DNA of 64,000 nucleotides from a virus (Duplodnaviria; Heunggongvirae; Uroviricota; Caudoviricetes): IMG/VR virus record IMGVR_UViG_3300002835_005179, positions 1 to 64,000 of that record; one strand, 5' to 3'. Shown piece by piece: positions 58,173 to 64,000 of this stretch (position 1 is its first letter; each line of letters starts with the position of its first letter). The notes under the pieces were generated by a model. It saw only the letters and a program-made list of their open reading frames with translations, ran no database searches and was not told where the DNA came from. The position numbers and the translations under genes were made by a program.

Positions 58173-59176
58173 GAAAATATATTATTATATTGTCTTCGTA
58201 CCTTAATGAATTTTTGTTTGCCAATGAACTCCGTTAGATTTGATGCACCAACATATGTACAAGCTGACCTCAATCCACCAAGAATATCAAGAACGGTTTC
58301 TTCTAGAGGTTTAGTGTGTTTATATAGATCTACTCGTTTCCCTTCAGAAGTTTTGTAATTTGAAACGCCACCAGAATACTTATCCATAGCATCTTTCGAT
58401 GACATACCATAGAATGTAGTTCCAGTTTCATTATGACCAGCAAACATTCCACCTAACATAACAAATCTAGCTCCGGCTCCAAAAGCTTTTGCAACATCTC
58501 CTGGAGATGTGCATCCACCATCAGATACAACATCATACACATCATTAAGATTCAGTAGAGCCGAGAATTGTGGAACCCCAATTCCTGTTTTAATTCTTGT
58601 AGTACATACAGATCCAGATCCAATACCAAATTTAATGAAGTCGGCTCCAACACTAACCAACGACTGGCATCCTCTATTAGTAACAACGTTCCCGGCCATA
58701 ATGAATTTATCTGAAAATCTTCTTCTAAATTTAGAAACACATTCATGAAATGCTTGTGTATATCCATTTGCAACATCTAAACAGATAAATTTAATTTTCG
58801 GATCATATTCCAAGATCTCAGATATATTCTGTAATTCTTTTTCTGAAATCCCGGCAGAGATACCGATATACTCTGAATCGTATTCGTGCTTCTTGAAATC
58901 TTCGACAGTATAAAACTTATGAAGTATTGTCAACATCTTAAATTTTGATAAGACACGTTCTACTTCAAAAGTTCCAATAACATCCATGTTAGATGCACAA
59001 ATAGGAATTCCGGACCAAACCAAATTACCATTAGTATATCTTACTTCTAGATTCACATCCGATCTAGAATTAACTTTTGTGAGTGTATTATTAGGACGAA
59101 TCAGAACGTCACAGAAATCTAGATATTCTTCTAATTCTTCCGTCTTACTTGCATAATGAGATTCTTCACCTATCAT
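58169..59176 (-). CDS. guaC: GMP reductase / IMPDH-family oxidoreductase
   Basis: Catalytic loop GIGSGSVCTTR. No CBS domains. 335 aa. Confidence 0.75.
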   Translation of the reverse strand: MIGEESHYASKTEELEEYLDFCDVLIRPNNTLTKVNSRSDVNLEVRYTNGNLVWSGIPICASNMDVIGTFEVERVLSKFKMLTILHKFYTVEDFKKHEYDSEYIGISAGISEKELQNISEILEYDPKIKFICLDVANGYTQAFHECVSKFRRRFSDKFIMAGNVVTNRGCQSLVSVGADFIKFGIGSGSVCTTRIKTGIGVPQFSALLNLNDVYDVVSDGGCTSPGDVAKAFGAGARFVMLGGMFAGHNETGTTFYGMSSKDAMDKYSGGVSNYKTSEGKRVDLYKHTKPLEETVLDILGGLRSACTYVGASNLTEFIGKQKFIKVRRQYNNIFS

Positions 59177-59682
59177 TTTCCGGTACTCCCAATTCCACCA
59201 ATTCTATCTGTAATTTGCTCAGGCTTGTTATAAGTTTGCGATAGACAATAATTTTCCATCTTCAATAATTCACCCTGAGCAATTCTATCACCATTCTTTA
59301 AATTAACCGTTTGTGTAGAAGTATTTACCAGCATAATAAAGGTTTCGTGGAAATAATCTTGATCTACAACTCCTTCAGAATTGGCCAAGAATAAACCTTG
59401 TTTGAATGCCACAGAAGAACGAATATGAATTCGTAATGAGTAATCTTCTGGAATCTTGAAGATCAAGCCTGTTGGGATTAACATTCTATCGCCAGGTTTA
59501 ATGAGAACGGAATCTTCATGAATGCCGACTAAGATCTCTTTATTTCCTGGAGTATAACATTTAATTTTATTGCCTGTTTTGATCCATGCATGAATGTCGA
59601 AACAAGCTGATGATAAAGTTGCAAATCTAGGTTCTAGAACTTCTTCTGCCACTTTCCAATATTCTAATGATAAATTACTCAT
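59173..59682 (-). CDS. dcd: dCTP deaminase/dUTPase-fold protein
   Basis: IRSSVAF...GVVDQDY motifs of the dCTP deaminase/dUTPase superfamily. Confidence 0.65.
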   Translation of the reverse strand: MSNLSLEYWKVAEEVLEPRFATLSSACFDIHAWIKTGNKIKCYTPGNKEILVGIHEDSVLIKPGDRMLIPTGLIFKIPEDYSLRIHIRSSVAFKQGLFLANSEGVVDQDYFHETFIMLVNTSTQTVNLKNGDRIAQGELLKMENYCLSQTYNKPEQITDRIGGIGSTGK

Positions 59683-59683
59683 A

Positions 59684-59929
59684 TTATTCTACCTTATGTT
59701 GTTCAACTCTTCCCTTCAATAATCCAACTAGCGCCCCCAGAATAAAAATAACTTGCGAATCTGCATCCTTGAAACCGATGTGCTTCAAACACGCAACGAC
59801 ACCAATAAGGAAGATCAATATAACTATTGATCCCCCCTCGGTCTCGAGCGATCTTAAAAATTTCACCCAATAATCCATTATTGTTTTCTTTTTAATTTTT
59901 CGTTGTTTGTTCTTGTTTGTATTTGGCAT
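59684..59929 (-). CDS. small 2-TM membrane protein (holin-like)
   Basis: Basic N-terminus followed by two hydrophobic helices. Confidence 0.3.
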   Translation of the reverse strand: MPNTNKNKQRKIKKKTIMDYWVKFLRSLETEGGSIVILIFLIGVVACLKHIGFKDADSQVIFILGALVGLLKGRVEQHKVE

Positions 59930-60260
59930 ATGCTAATTCTACAGCTGTATTAGCAAGATAGTCAGACACAGGATCAGGATTTGAAGCAACAATAACTTTC
60001 TTTGCTAAATCTCTTAGGGCAATAGATTTATCCATACCAGGAGTAAATAGACCTGCAAATCCTAGTCTCTCATAAGCTTCTAGAATCTTATCATCAGTCT
60101 TTGTTGGCGTAAGAAGTGCAATCTTCTTGACTACTGGTAGGGCTTTGTTAACGAGTGGCGATAATTGTTCTAGTAATGCAATAAAATCATTTGCATTTTG
60201 ACCGAACAATTTCGTAAAGAAATTCTTAACTGTATTAAATAAATTTTTCAACCAATTCAT
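59892..60260 (-). CDS. hypothetical protein
   Basis: 122-aa ORF. Confidence 0.4.
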   Translation of the reverse strand: MNWLKNLFNTVKNFFTKLFGQNANDFIALLEQLSPLVNKALPVVKKIALLTPTKTDDKILEAYERLGFAGLFTPGMDKSIALRDLAKKVIVASNPDPVSDYLANTAVELAYAKYKQEQTTKN

Positions 60261-60280
60261 ATATTAACTCCTATATCTAT

Positions 60281-60988
60281 TTATCTGCGTGTTACATTGT
60301 AATAAACTAATGTTGCGTTTGCACCTATACCAAGTATTCTATCATACCATTTTGGTTTAGTCAATCTATCGATATTGTTCGTAATTTTTGTTACGTTATC
60401 AAGAATCACGGGAACTCCATTTGCAAACGAAGTAGAAACTTTATTAATCTCGTTAGTTATTTTTGGAACTTCTTTATTAAATGTTAAGAAAGAATTAGAT
60501 CCGGATCTTGCCATATTTCTTGTGTCTATCAATACATCTGTAAAAAGATTTGGCCAACAAGAATCATTATATACGCAATTCATTCGTTCATTAATCGGCG
60601 TTATTGTATTTGTGAAATCTCTTGGTATGGTTCTATAATCTCTGGAGAGTGCTATAGATTCGTCTGTTATACGATCTAAATTTGTATTCAATTTTTCGAC
60701 TGATGCGAAAGTTTTTGATTCTATATTCTCTATTCTAGAGAATAGATTCTTTTCTATAGAAATAATTCTGTTATCTATTTTAGATAGAGCAGTGTTTGTT
60801 GTTTTTGTAAAATCTTGTCTTACTAATGAGATCTCTGTAAGTAATTTAGTATGCGTCTGGTTAAAGTCTTTAGCAATAGAATCTAGCGTCTTGTTTATAT
60901 TGACCAAGAATATGACAGAATATATAAAGAAACAAGCAATACTTAGATTCTTAATGATACCAGATATTTTATCTATTCGTTCAAACAT
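60281..60988 (-). CDS. membrane-anchored coiled-coil protein
   Basis: N-terminal transmembrane helix followed by a coiled coil. Confidence 0.45.
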   Translation of the reverse strand: MFERIDKISGIIKNLSIACFFIYSVIFLVNINKTLDSIAKDFNQTHTKLLTEISLVRQDFTKTTNTALSKIDNRIISIEKNLFSRIENIESKTFASVEKLNTNLDRITDESIALSRDYRTIPRDFTNTITPINERMNCVYNDSCWPNLFTDVLIDTRNMARSGSNSFLTFNKEVPKITNEINKVSTSFANGVPVILDNVTKITNNIDRLTKPKWYDRILGIGANATLVYYNVTRR

Positions 60989-61260
60989 TTCTTAACATCT
61001 TCTCTGTTTATTGGCAACACAAATTTACTAGTTAATTCAGCATTAATATATACATGCACTAGTGGTGTTGTTCTAATTCTATATTTCGCATAAGATTCCA
61101 AATACTCTTCCGTATCAAGAACACGAATTTCATGACCCAAATCTTTTAATACAGAAAATAATGTCTTTGTCAAAATAGAAGATGTGTCACCAAATATAAT
61201 AATACACTTTTTATTTTGTTCTACAAAATTATCTATGTCAGTTAATTGGAGTTTTGTCAT
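60973..61260 (-). CDS. hypothetical protein
   Basis: 95-aa ORF. Confidence 0.35.
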   Translation of the reverse strand: MTKLQLTDIDNFVEQNKKCIIIFGDTSSILTKTLFSVLKDLGHEIRVLDTEEYLESYAKYRIRTTPLVHVYINAELTSKFVLPINREDVKKCLNE

Positions 61261-61525
61261 GTATTTCCATCGAGTACATTTGATTTAATGCAATCATCTC
61301 GTTACCATGTCTGATAATTTCTTCCATATTCAGCAATTCGATATTTAGTGAATTACCAATTACTTCTGTTGTATTCCAGAGATAATCCAAATTCATTTCC
61401 AATAAACCATCTTGGCTCGGAAACAACCCCAATTTCAACAGATACATTTGTAATGCTACAAGAAAATATCTTTGAGACTCAAGGACTTCTTTAAGTTCAG
61501 TTTTTTTCATAATAGATTTGTGCAT
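61238..61525 (-). CDS. hypothetical protein
   Basis: 95-aa ORF. Confidence 0.35.
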   Translation of the reverse strand: MHKSIMKKTELKEVLESQRYFLVALQMYLLKLGLFPSQDGLLEMNLDYLWNTTEVIGNSLNIELLNMEEIIRHGNEMIALNQMYSMEIHDKTPIN

Positions 61526-61910
61526 TCCGTTTCTGTTCTAAGAACTGTTGTTTTCTGGCCTCACTGAAACCTTCTAAGAAGGCTTGGGTTTCTTCATCAG
61601 ACATAGATGAAATTTTATGTAGAATGTCGTACGATAGTATACACGATTCTATGAACACACCAAAATATTCTCTATATTCAAATAATTTCATCAAATTAAA
61701 AACAAAAAATATAACTGGCACAATATACCAAACGACATTATCTGGTTTCGAGATAAACAAATAACTAATAAATGCCATCGAAACAATGAATAAACCGATC
61801 CGAACGGCAAACGAAATTGACATAATCATCTTAAAAGATGCAGGATCTTCTAAGATCGTTTGCATTAAAGATGGTGAGTATTTGGAATCAGTGATTGTTT
61901 TGAGTAACAT
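61497..61910 (-). CDS. membrane protein (2-3 TM)
   Basis: Hydrophobic helices in the central region. Confidence 0.4.
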   Translation of the reverse strand: MLLKTITDSKYSPSLMQTILEDPASFKMIMSISFAVRIGLFIVSMAFISYLFISKPDNVVWYIVPVIFFVFNLMKLFEYREYFGVFIESCILSYDILHKISSMSDEETQAFLEGFSEARKQQFLEQKRNAQIYYEKN

Positions 61911-61944
61911 AAGATATTGATTGTGGGGTCACGCCCCACAATAT

Positions 61945-62160
61945 TTATAGTGTGTAATAAATTTCGACTGAACCATTACGATTCTTCTTGGCTTCAGTTC
62001 GAATCTTAAAACCTTCCTTGCGAAGACTCGATACTACAGCTCGGGCATTTGCAATACCAAGATCACGTTGGGCCTGTCGAGCCGTTAGTTGATTACGATT
62101 CTTTCGTGAGAGTACATGTAGTACACGTTCCTTTTGAGTCATATCAGTTAATCGTTCCAT
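61945..62160 (-). CDS. small winged-helix/HTH DNA-binding protein
   Basis: 71 aa with an HTH-like segment QLTARQAQRDLGIANARAVVSSL. Confidence 0.4.
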   Translation of the reverse strand: MERLTDMTQKERVLHVLSRKNRNQLTARQAQRDLGIANARAVVSSLRKEGFKIRTEAKKNRNGSVEIYYTL

Positions 62161-62174
62161 TCATTTCTCCTAAT

Positions 62175-63116
62175 TTAAAATTCAACATCAATTAAACCAC
62201 ACTGAAAAACAGGAAGGTTGAGTTCTTTCCAACATTCCCTGATGACCTGTGGTCGATCGTCAAAGACTACAATTACATTATACTTATCTTTTACATATAA
62301 GTCAAACAATTCTTTCTTGACAAGCGAATCACGACGGCGATCGCCTTCTTTGCGCATGTGCAATTCAACACAATAATCGCTGGTAAAATTAGTCTTATGA
62401 TTTTCAACTTCAAGTCCACACTTATCATTTGTCCAACGAACAGTGGGTTCCAAAGCCTTCTCTGACCGACCAGAGAAAACAAACACTTTGAGTTCTGGAT
62501 TCGCAGTCATCATTGAGATGATAGTGAATAGAACGTGCTGACGAACATCATCCTGATACACCTTATGCTCATCATAAGGACCACGATCCTTCATCTGAGC
62601 CATGGTACCATCGATATCGACGATGATACAGTCAGGCAGTTTGTTCGGAATCCAAGCAGGCAGATCACGATCTACAGGTGTCTTCATGAATTGATTATAC
62701 ATGTTACGAATTACCTTTTCGCCAACCTGAGCGAACTCATCACGCAATGAGTTACGACGAATACATTCTTCAAGAGAAACGTGGCGGAAGTCTACAATCT
62801 CAATCACATACCCAAGTTTCTCGCAAGATTCCTTGGTAGATTTAAGGGTCTTCGGATTCAGATGAGTATTATCGATCACAATATCTGCTTTGACAAGCGC
62901 TCTGGCAACAATCAACATCTCACGATTCGCCCGAACTGCGTCTTCAATCTTTGGAGACCAGTTACGATGACCAAGCGATTCATAGATAGCATTTCGAATG
63001 TCGTCGTTATTGATTCGAACAATAATATTCTCATCCGTAGAATTCTTCTCGCAGAAGTCTTTCGCCCAAGTAGATTTACCAGAAGCAGGTAAACCGATAG
63101 TAATATATGCTTTCAT
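62175..63116 (-). CDS. pseT: polynucleotide 5'-kinase/3'-phosphatase
   Basis: N-terminal P-loop GLPASGKST and a C-terminal HAD phosphatase DIDGT motif. 313 aa, as in T4 Pnkp. Confidence 0.8.
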   Translation of the reverse strand: MKAYITIGLPASGKSTWAKDFCEKNSTDENIIVRINNDDIRNAIYESLGHRNWSPKIEDAVRANREMLIVARALVKADIVIDNTHLNPKTLKSTKESCEKLGYVIEIVDFRHVSLEECIRRNSLRDEFAQVGEKVIRNMYNQFMKTPVDRDLPAWIPNKLPDCIIVDIDGTMAQMKDRGPYDEHKVYQDDVRQHVLFTIISMMTANPELKVFVFSGRSEKALEPTVRWTNDKCGLEVENHKTNFTSDYCVELHMRKEGDRRRDSLVKKELFDLYVKDKYNVIVVFDDRPQVIRECWKELNLPVFQCGLIDVEF

Positions 63117-63227
63117 TAGAGAACCACCGTATACAAAACGATAATCAAAATTAGAGCGGCGAAGGCCAGGAAGTCTTTGATGTCACTCATACTCATATTA
63201 ATAGTATACCGTATTGTGTTCAAAATA

Positions 63228-63434
63228 TCAATCGATGACAAATCTTTTTTTCTGAACTGGAGCCCACATCAGATGCTCCTCATTAATCCATTCTGGATAG
63301 AATCGACCATTCAAGATATCACAATGTCGCTGGATCTCAAGATTCGATGCTACAGAATCATAGAGAACTTCACCAGTCATTCGTTCTACAATAGCATTAC
63401 CAATAACCATAAACCGATCGATGTTGCTATTCAT
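63228..63434 (-). CDS. hypothetical protein
   Basis: 68-aa ORF. Confidence 0.3.
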   Translation of the reverse strand: MNSNIDRFMVIGNAIVERMTGEVLYDSVASNLEIQRHCDILNGRFYPEWINEEHLMWAPVQKKRFVID

Positions 63435-63617
63435 TTAATTTTCCTTTAAGAGATATTCGTTAGAGATTGTCTTGAACGAGATGTTTGGATCAAAGATAGA
63501 CTTCCAAACAAGTCCTTCACGCTTCATATCAGGATTCAAAACAGAATTCCCATCAGCCATATTCAGCATTACATCAACGCTAGAGCCAATCAATCCACTT
63601 TCGTTTATTATACGCAT
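63435..63617 (-). CDS. hypothetical protein
   Basis: 60-aa ORF. Confidence 0.3.
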   Translation of the reverse strand: MRIINESGLIGSSVDVMLNMADGNSVLNPDMKREGLVWKSIFDPNISFKTISNEYLLKEN

Positions 63618-63627
63618 GTATCCTCTA

Positions 63628-63876
63628 TTAAACTTGAGTTAGAAATAATGAGTCCTCATTATCTTTAATGAATTTCAGGACATCAAATAAAGTGTTCAAA
63701 ATTTTATGATCATACGAATATTTCGAAGGGGACTTGGGATCAACATAACGGTGTTCAAAGGAACAATTGTTAGCATCGTACGATCCAATATACTCGTCGG
63801 TCTTGATGTCATAAAAATCCAACCAAGAACCAGTCAACGAAGGACCGATTTTAATTTTAGAAGTAGCGACGATCAT
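63628..63876 (-). CDS. hypothetical protein
   Basis: 82-aa ORF. Confidence 0.35.
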   Translation of the reverse strand: MIVATSKIKIGPSLTGSWLDFYDIKTDEYIGSYDANNCSFEHRYVDPKSPSKYSYDHKILNTLFDVLKFIKDNEDSLFLTQV

Positions 63877-63920
63877 ACAACCATTATACCTGATCCAAAA
63901 CCGAGGAGCAAGTTTTTTTG

Positions 63921-63985
63921 AAAGAATATCTCATTTAAAATCAATGACTTGCTGCAAGTGATTGAAAACAAATAGAATATTCTTT
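63921..63985. repeat. palindromic intergenic element, copy 4
   Basis: AAGAATATCTC..TCAATGACTTGCTGCAAGTGATTGA..GAATATTCTTTC. Same family as the elements at 19571 and 41061. Confidence 0.55.
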
Positions 63986-64000
63986 CACACAATCTTCAAG

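Overview
This 64-kb window is one contiguous stretch of a T4-like (Tevenvirinae-type) myovirus genome. It is AT-rich (about 30-35% GC) and uses Shine-Dalgarno sites. The gene order matches T4 closely, and the tail sheath, the prohead protease and gp55 show direct T4-like sequence similarity. The left arm carries the structural and packaging module: tail fibre C-terminus, small and large terminase (gp16/gp17), tail sheath gp18, tail tube gp19, portal gp20, prohead-core proteins, protease gp21, scaffold gp22 and major capsid protein gp23. TATAAATA late promoters and rho-independent terminators accompany this module. A minus-strand block of auxiliary metabolic genes follows: ClpP, an SPFH protein, UV-damage endonuclease UvdE, a dCMP/cytidine deaminase, a deoxyribosyltransferase-like protein, PRPP synthetase and NadV. 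The centre holds rIIA/rIIB, a tRNA with anticodon CUA, a hyperplastic cluster of large unknown proteins, then gp55-gp47-gp46. Downstream are a ClpA-D2-like unfoldase, a GC-rich non-coding island, RNA ligase, two GIY-YIG homing endonucleases, gp41 helicase, UvsX, DNA polymerase gp43 and a GH19 endolysin. An unexpected full-length TonB-dependent outer-membrane receptor lies beyond these, followed by thioredoxin, Hsp20, GMP reductase, dCTP deaminase and polynucleotide kinase/phosphatase. The most unusual structure is a pair of inverted loci, about 26 kb apart, made of tandem micro-genes. Each micro-gene is an ATG header (MIKKSIYKRNIG) followed by a pure (NGGTCT)n hexamer array that encodes (Gly/Arg/Trp/Glu-Ser)n peptides. 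Older, decayed copies still keep the Ser-alternating peptide pattern. Other unusual features are a family of proteins that share T4 capsid-targeting-sequence-like N-termini, repeated palindromic intergenic elements fused to TTGCTT-N17-TATAAT promoters with apparently leaderless starts, and a split phage-encoded Clp protease. Every call comes from reading motifs and ORF context by eye. No database search was run, and coordinates of small elements may be off by a few nucleotides.
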